In this document: in pieces, positions 1 through 9,240 of the stretch
Layout: each line of letters opens with the position of its first letter
Position numbering within the stretch: the stretch's first letter is position 1
NCBI GenBank assembly: GCA_043739185.1
Contig: JAYUEN010000372.1
Span: 1-34,842 of the forward strand
From: Bdellovibrionales bacterium
GTDB lineage: Bacteria > Bdellovibrionota > Bdellovibrionia > Bdellovibrionales > JAMPXM01
Direction of reading: 5' to 3'
Length of the DNA stretch: 34,842 bases
The notes under the pieces: generated by a model
Databases searched by the model: none
The model's input: the letters and a program-made list of their open reading frames with translations, nothing else
What the model was told of the DNA's origin: nothing
Made by a program: the position numbers and the translations under genes

Positions 1-100
1 GACGTTTTCTTCATGTGGGGCTCCTTTAGGTTTTGTATCTGGAATTATTCCAGAACTGGAGCCCTTCTTTCAAACTCTAACGCTTCTCAGGGCAAGCTCA
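1..100 (-). mobile_element. Probable left end of an IS3-family insertion sequence with the start of transposase OrfA (runs off window)
   Basis: Minus strand from 100 reads TGAGCTTGCCCTG..., resembling the 5'-TG IS3-type inverted repeat. Downstream is AAGGAG (26-21) then ATG at 14 giving MKKTS..., like IS3/IS407 OrfA N-termini. Intron RT similarity stops abruptly at about 101. Confidence 0.55.
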
Positions 101-101
101 A

Positions 102-521
102 ACTGCGCCAAAGAAAATCGCAAACAGCATTCAGAACTTTAAAGAATGGATCAAGGCCGAACGTCACAAGCACCGGCTGAAGATACTCTGGGATTTGGCA
201 GCTGCCAAGATCCGGGGCCACTTCAATTACTACGGTGTTGCGACGAACGAGAGCAAACTGAACCACTTCTACTATGCATGCGTGCGTGAACTCTTCAAAT
301 GGTTAAACCGTCGAAGCCAAAAACGCTCCTACACATGGGATGGTTTTATGCAACGACTGCAGTCTGATCCATTGCCCTTGCCTCCAACAGGCCGGGCTTT
401 GGTTGACATCACGAATGGACTTGGTTCAAAGTTAAAACATAAACCGAAGAGCCGTGTGCGGGAAATCCGCAAGCACGGTTCCGAAAGGAGCAACGGGCGG
501 CAACGCCCGTTGTTTACTTAA
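102..521 (+). pseudogene. ltrA: Group II intron reverse transcriptase/maturase, C-terminal (domain X) fragment
   Basis: The frame of ORF 195..521 is open back to 81. It reads TAPKKIANSIQNFKEWIKAERHK...KIRGHFNYYGV...FKWLNRRSQKRSYTW...PLPLP, typical maturase motifs (class E-like by recollection). RT palm domains are absent upstream in this window. Confidence 0.85.
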
Positions 522-522
522 T
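449..522 (+). ncRNA. Group II intron catalytic domain V and domain VI
   Basis: GAGCCGTGTGCGGGAAATCCGCAAGCACGGTTC (449-481) matches the DV consensus with an AGC triad. The stem-loop GAGCAACGGGC-GGCAAC-GCCCGTTGTTT followed by ACTTAAT is DVI with the branch-point A. Confidence 0.92.
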
Positions 523-934
523 GAATGTGACCGAGTCTTTCGAATCGATTGAATTTCAAGTTAAGTATTCATTGGCTGATTACTATGCGATTATTGCCGA
601 TCACGTGCCTATTGCCGTTCAGGAAAACCCAAAAAAATCTTCAGCTTTCAGCGCGTGGTTAGTCTGTAGAATTGTGCCGACCATTTCCTGCGCGGTCGCC
701 ATCCTTAATGGGAAACTGAGGCGAACATATACGTTCACGATTTCTGCGAAAGCAATTAAAAGGACGGCAGATAAAAAGGAATTATTAGTCACTTGGGAAG
801 AAGTCAAAAAAGTGCGACAGTACAGATCTAGCTTTTTTATCGAACTAAAAAAAGGAGGCGCACTACCATTGCCTTACAGAGCCCTATCAGACGATCACCG
901 ATCTAAGCTGGACAGACTCTTTTTCCCCAAATAA
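521..934 (+). CDS. YcxB-family membrane protein
   Basis: Hydrophobic segment then VTWEEVKKVRQYRSSFFIELKKGGALPLPYRAL, matching the YcxB C-terminal pattern. Start is ATG 521 or GTG 527. Confidence 0.7.
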   Translation: MNVTESFESIEFQVKYSLADYYAIIADHVPIAVQENPKKSSAFSAWLVCRIVPTISCAVAILNGKLRRTYTFTISAKAIKRTADKKELLVTWEEVKKVRQYRSSFFIELKKGGALPLPYRALSDDHRSKLDRLFFPK

Positions 935-1015
935 TGTTGCTTCATTTCATATCGAGAAAATCTCACACCCACGCAGGAATGAACTAGGCCTTGGTCATCA
1001 AGTCCGAAGGATTTG

Positions 1016-1091
1016 GTCAGAGAGCTTTACAACGCTCTGACTTTCTGACGGATCAAATCTCGATGATTTCTTTTGCGCGAGATTCGATCTG
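1016..1091. other. Two tandem imperfect hairpins (possible terminator between convergent genes)
   Basis: GTCAGAGAGC(1016-1025)/GCTCTGAC(1034-1041) and CGGATCAAATCTCG(1049-1062)/CGAGATTCGATCTG(1078-1091). Confidence 0.35.
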
Positions 1092-1131
1092 ACTGGCGCC
1101 ATTTTATTAAGTGTTTCTGGTCAGGTCAAAA

Positions 1132-1287
1132 TTAATACCCAATGTGCAATTTCCCTTTCGGCATGGCTGCTTCTATTCGCTTCTTTTCTTCTAGTGTGAG
1201 TGAATCTTTTTTCCAAAGGTCGCCTATCTTGAGCAATTTGAGATTGGATAATGGTGTCAAATCCTCGGGATTCTTAGGGTATTCCAC
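1132..1287 (-). pseudogene. C-terminal remnant of a leucine-rich-repeat protein
   Basis: Own translation: VEYPKNPEDLTPLSNLKLLKIGDLWKKDSLTLEEKKRIEAAMPKGKLHIGY*, one LRR-like unit plus the typical EEKxRIxxxxP capping helix. An in-frame TGA lies immediately upstream. Confidence 0.45.
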
Positions 1288-1508
1288 TCATTCATATTGC
1301 ATCTGGCAACTTACTTGCGTCAAGTGCATAGGTAGGTTCATCATGATCTCGGAAGTTTTAAGAAGCTCGTTCGGCGCGCTTGGATACATGGCCGAGTGAG
1401 AAAGCAAAGACAGCTGTTTACGCCCAGAAGACATCGCGGGCTTTGGGATGCGCGCAAAAAGCTTATTTCAAATTTTAGTCTGCCAGAATTTGGCTATGCT
1501 TTGGCGCA

Positions 1509-2495
1509 CTATTTTTTAGTTGGTGTTGCTGGGCTCCTAAGTAAACCAAAGATTTCGCCAAACAAATAAAAAATATGGGTAGAAAATAGTAGGCCTGTTA
1601 TTGCCAAGGCGTATCTTGGCGATAATCTTGCGGCCGATACAAGAATAGAAAAAAAATACAAAGCTACAAAAATGCAAAAATAGAGAGGAGCTTCGCCTAT
1701 TAAGTAAATGGCAACTAGAAACAACCAAAGCGGAAGGCATTTTCGCGTTAGAAAAAAACTGAGATGAACTCTCGCGGTTTGGGTCTGAGCCGCCCCATAT
1801 TTAAAGGATTTTTTAAGCCATTGAATCAAATCTTGAGCGACTTGATGTTTGGCGTGTGCCTCTTTCACCCAAAGAATTTTTTTATTCATTTGAGAAAGGC
1901 GCCAATGAATTTCTAAATCTTCACCTGTTTTGTCAAAACTGGTGTTGAAAGAGCCCGCCTTCAAATAATCTGATCGTTTAACAAGTAAATGTGCTGTAGG
2001 TGCGTGTGAGATTAACTTCTCGGCAAACGAGTTCTTCATTTGGGCCGAGCCAAAATTTCCCCACCAGCTAGCTTGCAATAGTGCGAGTCTCTTTTGAAAT
2101 TCGTTCGTTCCAGATACCTGGAGGGGGCCAGACGCCGCACATACTGAGGAATCATTAATGTGCTGTGAGAGTGCGTTAGATAATAGTAGAATCGTATTTG
2201 AATCGGGGGTGACATCCACATCAATAAAGTAGACCAATTCAGAAGATGAATGTTCAAGGATCCAGGCCCGGGCCTCTCCCATATTATTTCGTTCAGACTT
2301 TTGAATTCTGAACTTCCATTTACGATTTTTACAATTTTGTTCGAAAGTCTCTGCGCTCGAGTCTCTTGAATTATTATCATAGCCCAAAACTTCAAAGTGA
2401 ATTTGATTTGGCAGCGCCATAGCTAAGGCATCAAAAAAACCTGCAAAATGTGCAGCTTCGTTTCTGAATACTATGCCAATCGTCATTTCGATCAT
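1509..2495 (-). CDS. Glycosyltransferase family 2 with C-terminal transmembrane helices
   Basis: IVFRNEA, YDNNSRDSS, FIDVD (DxD) and GEDLE motifs. Three hydrophobic C-terminal segments. Confidence 0.88.
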   Translation of the reverse strand: MIEMTIGIVFRNEAAHFAGFFDALAMALPNQIHFEVLGYDNNSRDSSAETFEQNCKNRKWKFRIQKSERNNMGEARAWILEHSSSELVYFIDVDVTPDSNTILLLSNALSQHINDSSVCAASGPLQVSGTNEFQKRLALLQASWWGNFGSAQMKNSFAEKLISHAPTAHLLVKRSDYLKAGSFNTSFDKTGEDLEIHWRLSQMNKKILWVKEAHAKHQVAQDLIQWLKKSFKYGAAQTQTARVHLSFFLTRKCLPLWLFLVAIYLIGEAPLYFCIFVALYFFSILVSAARLSPRYALAITGLLFSTHIFYLFGEIFGLLRSPATPTKK

Positions 2496-2566
2496 TTTTG
2501 GGGAGCTCCGTACTACCTTAATATTTTAAGTAGGACAGACTTTCTTCGATATGTCATACTCTACCG

Positions 2567-3874
2567 GTGAGTATCTCAGAATATTTTAATAAAACTAAGA
2601 TCAAATTAGACAAGATAAGTCCGAGTTTTTGTTTGGCGAAATGGACTCATCTTGGTTTGCACCTTCATTCTGGAGAAGGGCACTCTTGCCATCACCCAAG
2701 TCCTCAGCCAATTCCGTTAGATAAGATTTTAGAAAACCCCAGCGCTTTGCATAATACTCCACAAAAGATTGAAGCTCGTTCTGAAATGCTAAAAGGTTTG
2801 AGACCTAAAGAGTGTCGGTATTGTTGGACCATGGAGGATTCGGGACCTCAAGTTTTGAGTGATCGCATTGTGAAATCTTCTAATATTGATTTCGAAACAG
2901 AAATTGAGAAACTAAAGTTGAATCCAGCGGGTCAGTTTTTCAAACCCAAATATCTTGAGGTGGGCTTTAGCAATCTCTGTAATTTGAAATGCGTCTACTG
3001 TGGACCTCACTTCTCAACTGCATGGGCGAGAGAGCAAGAAAACTTCGGCCCGATGAAAGATTATCCACAGACGAGTTCGACGATTGGTGACGCTGATAAT
3101 CCATATGTGACCGCTTTTTTTCGCTGGTGGCCTGAAATTAAAACCAACCTCGAGGTTTTAAGATTAACCGGTGGCGAGCCACTACTAGCTGATGCGGTCA
3201 TTCAAATATTGCAGGATATTCTTGAAGGTCCCAAGCTTGAGCTCAAACTCATAATCAATTCTAATTTGAGCGTTCCTGATAAACGTATGGATACAGTCAT
3301 AAATCTAGTAAGCGCCTTGCACGCAAAAAACAAAGTAAGTCGTATTCAAATCATCTCTAGTATGGAGTCGACTTCAGAAGTCGCTGAATATATGAGATTT
3401 GGAATCAGCAATGAGGTTTTTTGGAGGAACATTGTTCGCATACGAGACTTAGGCTTTTGTGATTTAAGTATTACAGCGACCATTAATGTTCTCTGCTTAG
3501 GTTCCCTTTATGAGTTTTACAAAAAGGTAGGGATTTTGAAAAAAGAGATGAATCTAAAATATGGCGCTAAATTTTTTATAGATCCATCTTTGCTGAAGGA
3601 GCCTGATTTCTTAAATATTCTTCATTTTTCAAATGAAATCAAAGATGCTTTTGCTTCTGAGATAGAGCGCATTTTAAATCAAGCAGATAGCCTAATGTTA
3701 AGTGATTACGAAGTGTTTCGATTAAATGGTCTGCGACAAGTTATAGATGCTAGTAAAACGGAGTCTAAACCCGAAGTATTGCCTAGATTAAAAAATTTTC
3801 TGCTTGAAATAGATAAAAGAAGAAATTTGAATTATCAGAAGACATTTAAGGACTTGGCGCCATTTTTGATCTAG
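2567..3874 (+). CDS. Radical SAM protein with N-terminal twitch/SPASM-like domain
   Basis: CNLKCVYC, TGGEP, NSNL. N-terminal FCLAKW...SCHH...CRYC. Confidence 0.88.
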   Translation: MSISEYFNKTKIKLDKISPSFCLAKWTHLGLHLHSGEGHSCHHPSPQPIPLDKILENPSALHNTPQKIEARSEMLKGLRPKECRYCWTMEDSGPQVLSDRIVKSSNIDFETEIEKLKLNPAGQFFKPKYLEVGFSNLCNLKCVYCGPHFSTAWAREQENFGPMKDYPQTSSTIGDADNPYVTAFFRWWPEIKTNLEVLRLTGGEPLLADAVIQILQDILEGPKLELKLIINSNLSVPDKRMDTVINLVSALHAKNKVSRIQIISSMESTSEVAEYMRFGISNEVFWRNIVRIRDLGFCDLSITATINVLCLGSLYEFYKKVGILKKEMNLKYGAKFFIDPSLLKEPDFLNILHFSNEIKDAFASEIERILNQADSLMLSDYEVFRLNGLRQVIDASKTESKPEVLPRLKNFLLEIDKRRNLNYQKTFKDLAPFLI

Positions 3875-4038
3875 AGCCTTTGTAACCGCAGATTGAACGC
3901 TTTTTTTCAATTATGAAAATGAGTTAAATATTGCCGATTGATTAGTTAATAGACTTTAATATTAAAATATCGATGCTGTGCAAGGTTTTGGGTGATTTTA
4001 GTACTTTAATTATCGAAATTAATGTGTGATCGACAAAT

Positions 4039-5193
4039 ATGAAATATTTAATTCAAGAGATTGTTTTTACAAATTCTGATTTAAGCTGGATGCAGAGATA
4101 TTGGACGGATCCGTCTGCAAGACTTACTTATTTGTTACGAAGTGAATTCGATCAACTTTTTTGGCAGAACTATGCACAATGTCTAAGAAAAAAAATCGAA
4201 GATGGTGAATTGTTGTTTCGTGCAAAATGGGGTCGTTCTGAGGGTGAAGTTTGTTTGACTCAAATTTGGAAGTCAGAAAATTCTATGAACAAATTTAGAG
4301 CCGAAATTGATATGGCCGAAAAGTCTAAATCTGTTCTTCAGCGGCAAGGAATAGAAGCAAATGAAAACCTAAGCTGGTTAGATACTAGTAGTATTGAGGT
4401 TTTCATCAATAGCATTTTAAAAAGAGAGCACATAATTCAAGCTTTAAATCCAGTGTTTAAAACTGACGTTCCAAAAATTATGGGTGACCCATTGAAGAAG
4501 AAAAATTTATCTCCTTTTCAAACCCACACCTCAGCCAGAGACATGGATATTCTTTTTGCGAGCTTGTTTTTGCCACCTTTTCCTAGGACCTCGGTTTTGG
4601 ATAAAATTCTCAAAGTCGAAAAATCTCACTGGCACTGGGATGATTATAGACAAGTCGAAATGTTGCCTTTGATGACATCCAATGGGAATTCAAGTCGAAA
4701 TTCAGTCAACGCCCAAAATGCCACAGCTACTTATCAATGGACCGAAGATGCGCCTCTCGAATTGAGAAATTATTTTGATCAGTATATTTGGGATTGGGTG
4801 AAGCCTCAATCAAGAGTTATGATTTTAAAAACAAAGCCGGGTGCGAGAAATCAAGAGCATATAGATTGCTCGCCTGATCAATTTGAAAAGCTTCAGCTCA
4901 AACTGCGCATTGTTCTACAGGGGCGTACAGATTCACTTTACTTTATAACAAAAGGGGCGCCGATCTTTGCTCCTGCAACAGATGGTGCCTATCTTATAGA
5001 TGGAAGTTGGCCCCATGGCATGATTAATAATTTTTCAGACGACAAATATACATTGTGTATTGGAGCGCCTTGGACCGGATCTAATTTTTATCCAGCATTT
5101 GATTCAGTTATTTATCGTGATCGAAACTTATTGCCAGATAATTTTTCATCTTATTTCGATAAAAAATATTCTAATAGACCTCTTTCATACTAA
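4039..5193 (+). CDS. Fusion of an uncharacterised N-terminal alpha/beta domain and an AspH-like 2OG-Fe(II) oxygenase domain
   Basis: C-terminal RVMILKTKPG...HID...LRIVL...DGSWPHGM gives an HxD...H facial triad on a DSBH fold. The N-terminus resembles ORF 9241..9765. Confidence 0.7.
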   Translation: MKYLIQEIVFTNSDLSWMQRYWTDPSARLTYLLRSEFDQLFWQNYAQCLRKKIEDGELLFRAKWGRSEGEVCLTQIWKSENSMNKFRAEIDMAEKSKSVLQRQGIEANENLSWLDTSSIEVFINSILKREHIIQALNPVFKTDVPKIMGDPLKKKNLSPFQTHTSARDMDILFASLFLPPFPRTSVLDKILKVEKSHWHWDDYRQVEMLPLMTSNGNSSRNSVNAQNATATYQWTEDAPLELRNYFDQYIWDWVKPQSRVMILKTKPGARNQEHIDCSPDQFEKLQLKLRIVLQGRTDSLYFITKGAPIFAPATDGAYLIDGSWPHGMINNFSDDKYTLCIGAPWTGSNFYPAFDSVIYRDRNLLPDNFSSYFDKKYSNRPLSY

Positions 5194-5354
5194 TTCGTGG
5201 CCAAAGCCTTGGCATCTGCTCCAGCTCAGCGTCTTCAGGTAAAAATAAGACTCAAAATACAATTTATGTATTCCTCGTCTCATTTTTACCTTCAATCCTT
5301 GATCTGAAGCAGATTCCTTCATTTTATCTCACGATTAGTTTGAAAAAGGTCTAA

Positions 5355-5996
5355 TCACAAATGAGTGGAGTGTGATTGCTCAATGCCTCGACGAGGCAAT
5401 GGAGCGAGCATAGAATCAGTAAAGCTTTGATCATAGCTAGTTGCCGCGATCCAGTGCCAACAGATTTCTAATTTGGTATTGTTGCATACATTAAACATCG
5501 CACTCTCGATGATTTTAAGGCGTGGTAAATCGCGAGATAAGAGCGCGTTTACTTTGGACTCCATAAAGAAGCGAAATGAGCGAAGACCGCGATCACGGCT
5601 TACAAAAACTCCTTTGTATCCAAGATCTTTGCAAAGCTCAATTTGGTGTCGAATGATGGCTCCGCCAAATAGAACTCCGTCGCTGGTGCGGCCGATCGTT
5701 TCGATATTTAGACTTTGAGAACGAAATTCTGGAAAGATGAAATGCCTTGTATTTATTCGGCAAAAACCTTCTGGAAAATGATCTTTTTTTTGAATACAGC
5801 CAATACTGACGGGGGCACCATCAATCATCAATAGATTACAAACTTCAATGGTGGAGTCGATCCAGGGATCAAACTTCTGATAGTTTACATTGAGTCTGTG
5901 TGGAGGCTTAGCATTTCGTAAATAGGATCTTACCGTATTGGATTCAAAACTGTTTGGATTGGATTTTATATCGATGATTTGGATTTCATTTTTCAT
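5355..5996 (-). CDS. GNAT-like acyltransferase (putative)
   Basis: RINTRHFIFPEFRSQSL (motif A-like) and QIELCKDLGYKGVFVS (motif B-like). Confidence 0.55.
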   Translation of the reverse strand: MKNEIQIIDIKSNPNSFESNTVRSYLRNAKPPHRLNVNYQKFDPWIDSTIEVCNLLMIDGAPVSIGCIQKKDHFPEGFCRINTRHFIFPEFRSQSLNIETIGRTSDGVLFGGAIIRHQIELCKDLGYKGVFVSRDRGLRSFRFFMESKVNALLSRDLPRLKIIESAMFNVCNNTKLEICWHWIAATSYDQSFTDSMLAPLPRRGIEQSHSTHL

Positions 5997-6021
5997 TTAT
6001 ATTATGATCCAAGTTTTCATT

Positions 6022-6480
6022 TTACTTCTTTTTATCAGTTTTTACGCACTGATTTTTTCCAGCTGCAACCCGCATGACATTTATGAATGTCTTTTTGTTT
6101 AAAATAATGAGACATCCATTCACTTTATTGCTGCAATCCGTACTCGTATATTGAAAATCTGGAGCTTTAAATGTTTCAGCTAAGTGCTGCTTTAAACTTT
6201 CTCGTTGAGGTGCAGTGAGATTACAATCTAAAATGGCAGCTTCTGTAGCCAATTTGACTTCGCAAATATTGCCTGGCGAGGACTTAAGAATATCAAATTG
6301 ATATTTTTTTTGAACGCCATTTTCTAGTCTGCTGCTATTGCAGGACGCCGTTTGGCAGGTTTTTAAATTTTCTAAGAACTTACCGCAGTTGGGACTAATC
6401 ACTGAATTTTTAATGATGAAGTTCTGATCAGCGGCATAGGTACGATTTAAAAGTAAAAAAAGAATTAAATTTAAAAACAT
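6022..6480 (-). CDS. Secreted cysteine-rich hypothetical protein
   Basis: Strong RBS GAGGAGG, signal peptide MFLNLILFLLLNRTYA, 8 Cys in the mature region. Confidence 0.75.
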   Translation of the reverse strand: MFLNLILFLLLNRTYAADQNFIIKNSVISPNCGKFLENLKTCQTASCNSSRLENGVQKKYQFDILKSSPGNICEVKLATEAAILDCNLTAPQRESLKQHLAETFKAPDFQYTSTDCSNKVNGCLIILNKKTFINVMRVAAGKNQCVKTDKKK

Positions 6481-6697
6481 CTAAAGCCTCCTCGGTCGAA
6501 TCAAATACTAGTTAGATATTTTAAACTAACTAATTGGCCGTTAGCTAGGACTTTCGTCGACTGCTCTGACTTGAGGCGTAGTAGATAGGGCTATGGAAAG
6601 CTGAGGGGCCGGGCTGTGAAAACTGGGGCAATAAGTATTTGATTCTCAAGTTCTCGGTTGTTAGGCTTAAATGCAGTTTATCTAGAAGGGGGCATAG

Positions 6698-7483
6698 TTG
6701 AATCTAGGAACAAAATCAGAAGGCAATTTTGTTGATCGATTCTACTCTCCCTTTACGTCTTGGCCGTCAATTGCTCCGAACTTTCTCGCTTTACCCGATA
6801 TTTACTCTATAGATTTACAGAAGGCGAAAAGCGAAATTGAAGCTTTAATTCAGAGGTTTGCTTTAGCTCCTTTCAAATTCGGATCAAAAGATGGTCGAGT
6901 CAGAAGTCGGTTGAGCTATAGAGGAATCGGATTGACGACTCGGCCTGAGGCCGAAGATCCATTATATGACAGTCTTAATCTTTATGGCGATCAGGGGCGA
7001 AAGCTGGATATTTATCAAACCTTCGCAAAGGTGAGCGAAAAGCTGCCTGCTTCGGAGCGTGTGATAGAGGTTTTAGATGAAACTGGATTTTCAGAGTTGA
7101 CCGAGGCTTGCACGCCATATTTTCAGTCCGTTCTTAGTAAATTCAAATCAAACTATTCAAAAGTTCGATTGTTAGAACTAATGCCTGGAGGCCAAATTCC
7201 TCCTCATGTGGACTTTCCGTATTATGAAGGAATTCGTGTTCATGCTGTGATTGATTCAAATCCGGAAGTGCTATGGGAAGTAAACGGCGAGCAATTCAAA
7301 ATTCCGTCAGATGGTCGTTTCTATTGGTTTGATACAGGTAAATATCATGCGGTTTCAAATCCAGGAAAAACGCCTAGATTGGTTCTGAGCATCAATCTTT
7401 TAGTTTATAAAAACCGTGATGGCAGCCAGCGCTTCAAAGAGAATCATAATTTAGAAGACTTAATTTTAAAGGCATTAATATGA
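6698..7483 (+). CDS. Aspartyl/asparaginyl beta-hydroxylase-like 2OG-Fe(II) oxygenase
   Basis: VRLLELMPGGQIPPHVD...RVHAVI...FDTGKYHAVSN...RLVL. Confidence 0.88.
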   Translation: MNLGTKSEGNFVDRFYSPFTSWPSIAPNFLALPDIYSIDLQKAKSEIEALIQRFALAPFKFGSKDGRVRSRLSYRGIGLTTRPEAEDPLYDSLNLYGDQGRKLDIYQTFAKVSEKLPASERVIEVLDETGFSELTEACTPYFQSVLSKFKSNYSKVRLLELMPGGQIPPHVDFPYYEGIRVHAVIDSNPEVLWEVNGEQFKIPSDGRFYWFDTGKYHAVSNPGKTPRLVLSINLLVYKNRDGSQRFKENHNLEDLILKALI

Positions 7484-8214
7484 AACTTGATGTGCGAAAG
7501 TTTCAGCTCCTTAATTTATTGGCTGCTCTTCTGCTTTCTTATAGCTACTTCAATTGGTCGCGCATTGGGGTTTCTGGTCTCATGTATTTTCTCATGTTAG
7601 CTGTTGGAATTAATATGGGCTTGCATCGGGGATTTAGTCATGGGCGTTTAGAGCCCGATTCATTTTTTGGTAGAATTTGTCTATTTTTTTCAGTTTTAAC
7701 TTGTATGGGTAAGCCTTCGGCTTGGATTTTAGTACATCGACTTCATCATACATATTCGGATACAAATCTGGATCCGCATTCACCTACCAAATCTGGGCGT
7801 TGGCAGGTATTTGCTAATACATGGTCCCTTTCAAAAGAAATTCCCGCAAACGCTATTCTCGCTATTAAGAGTTCAATTCGAAAAAGCAGTGCCATTTTGT
7901 TTTTTGATCGAAATTATTGGACGATCATTGGATTGTATTGTGCGGCTCTTTTGATTTTTGGTGGAGTTGGAATGCTGGTTTATGCATGGTGCATTCCCGC
8001 GACCGGGGCTTTGCTTGCAACATCTTTAGTGAATGCTTTTTGTCATGATCCCAACGGAAACATTTTGAATGTGAAGTGGATTTCTTTAATGACTTTTGGT
8101 GAAGGTTTTCACAAAAATCATCATCTCAATCCGAATTCAAATCGGACGAATCAATCTGCTGTTCTGGATTTTTCTGGCTGGCTATTAACGCGATTTTCAA
8201 AGGGACCAATATGA
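7480..8214 (+). CDS. Membrane fatty acyl desaturase (delta-9/OLE1-like)
   Basis: Three His boxes HRGFSH, HRLHH and HKNHH, plus DPHSP and GEGFH. ATGA overlap with both neighbours. Confidence 0.92.
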   Translation: MKLDVRKFQLLNLLAALLLSYSYFNWSRIGVSGLMYFLMLAVGINMGLHRGFSHGRLEPDSFFGRICLFFSVLTCMGKPSAWILVHRLHHTYSDTNLDPHSPTKSGRWQVFANTWSLSKEIPANAILAIKSSIRKSSAILFFDRNYWTIIGLYCAALLIFGGVGMLVYAWCIPATGALLATSLVNAFCHDPNGNILNVKWISLMTFGEGFHKNHHLNPNSNRTNQSAVLDFSGWLLTRFSKGPI

Positions 8215-9128
8215 ATGATGTTGAAACGTTTACTTCTAGTGTAATTCAGACGCCCGGTCATTATTATGAAGTCGAGCCAGAAAACAGCAAATTCTACACT
8301 ATTGGTGTCGATGTAACACATAAATGCAATATGGAATGTGCGAATTGCTATAGCCCGATTCGAGATTTGCCCGATGTTCCACAAAAAGATTTACTTAGCT
8401 TTTTTCGAAAATTAGGAAGAAAGACGGAGGTCCGCTTCACTGGTGGCGAGCCGACACTTCGAAGTGATCTTCCTGTTTTAATAAAAGAAACTCTGGGCAT
8501 GGGGCATCGAGTGGCTATTATGACCAATGGTCTAAAATTGGCCGACTTAGAATATTGTAAGCAATTAAAAGAGGCTGGACTAAAGTTTGTATGCATTTCA
8601 ATGAATGGCGCTGACGATGATAAGGTCTATGAGAAGTTGGATCATCGTAAATGTGCAGCTTTAAAGATGGCGGCGCTAGAGAATATTGTGAAGCTCGGTT
8701 TTTTTATAAACATCAATTGTATTTTGGTTAAAGGCGTAAATGAGCATACTCCCAAGAGATTGGCTGAACTGCTCAAAAACCGAAATATAAATGGCGTTAT
8801 TCGCCTACGAAATATTGGTAAATTGGGTCGCCATATGAGCGGCTCAAACTTTACATTCGACGAGCTCATCGAGCTAATGGCCACGTCTTTCGGTCAGGAC
8901 CCTGAAGAGCTTAAAAAGTTTAGAATGGTCAACGGCTACCAAGAGGAACATAATATTTTGTTTCCACTTGAGAAAAATAAGAAGCTCAATACGACTTGGG
9001 TAAAGTTAACCGATTGGCGGCCTACTGAGAATTCGATTCCCGACCCACAAAGTACACGTAGGGGCCGAATGACAAAAGACTTTAAAGTGGCTCCCTTCTT
9101 TGAGCATGCTCAATTGAATGGGTACTAA
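8211..9128 (+). CDS. Radical SAM protein (MoaA/NifB/PqqE-like core, no C-terminal Cys cluster)
   Basis: DVTHKCNMECANC, TGGEPT, MTNG. Confidence 0.88.
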   Translation: MNDVETFTSSVIQTPGHYYEVEPENSKFYTIGVDVTHKCNMECANCYSPIRDLPDVPQKDLLSFFRKLGRKTEVRFTGGEPTLRSDLPVLIKETLGMGHRVAIMTNGLKLADLEYCKQLKEAGLKFVCISMNGADDDKVYEKLDHRKCAALKMAALENIVKLGFFININCILVKGVNEHTPKRLAELLKNRNINGVIRLRNIGKLGRHMSGSNFTFDELIELMATSFGQDPEELKKFRMVNGYQEEHNILFPLEKNKKLNTTWVKLTDWRPTENSIPDPQSTRRGRMTKDFKVAPFFEHAQLNGY

Positions 9129-9240
9129 CGCGAAAGTAGATCAAGCTTTGTTTCAAATTGAGATCATTAGGGCATTCAGATATTTTTATGTTCACTAACG
9201 GGGGCAGCATTGATATCCTAGAAACAGGGAGAAAATCACC

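Larger units (their letters stand above)
101..522 (+). mobile_element. 3' portion of a bacterial group II intron
   Basis: RT/maturase domain X coding sequence followed by canonical DV and DVI, ending ...ACTTAAT (AY 3' end) at 522. Confidence 0.9.

Noticed and set aside
935..1100. attC site / integron cassette after the YcxB-like gene
   Set aside because: Hairpins are present but I see no RYYYAAC...GTTRRRY core pair and no repeated cassette structure.
1142..1399. Plus-strand 85-aa ORF
   Set aside because: No motifs. It is the antisense shadow of the LRR remnant at 1132-1287.
8211..9128. moaA, pqqE or tetraether synthase assignment
   Set aside because: Lacks the C-terminal Cys cluster and GG tail of MoaA, the SPASM domain of PqqE and the extra Tes domains. 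No pathway neighbours.
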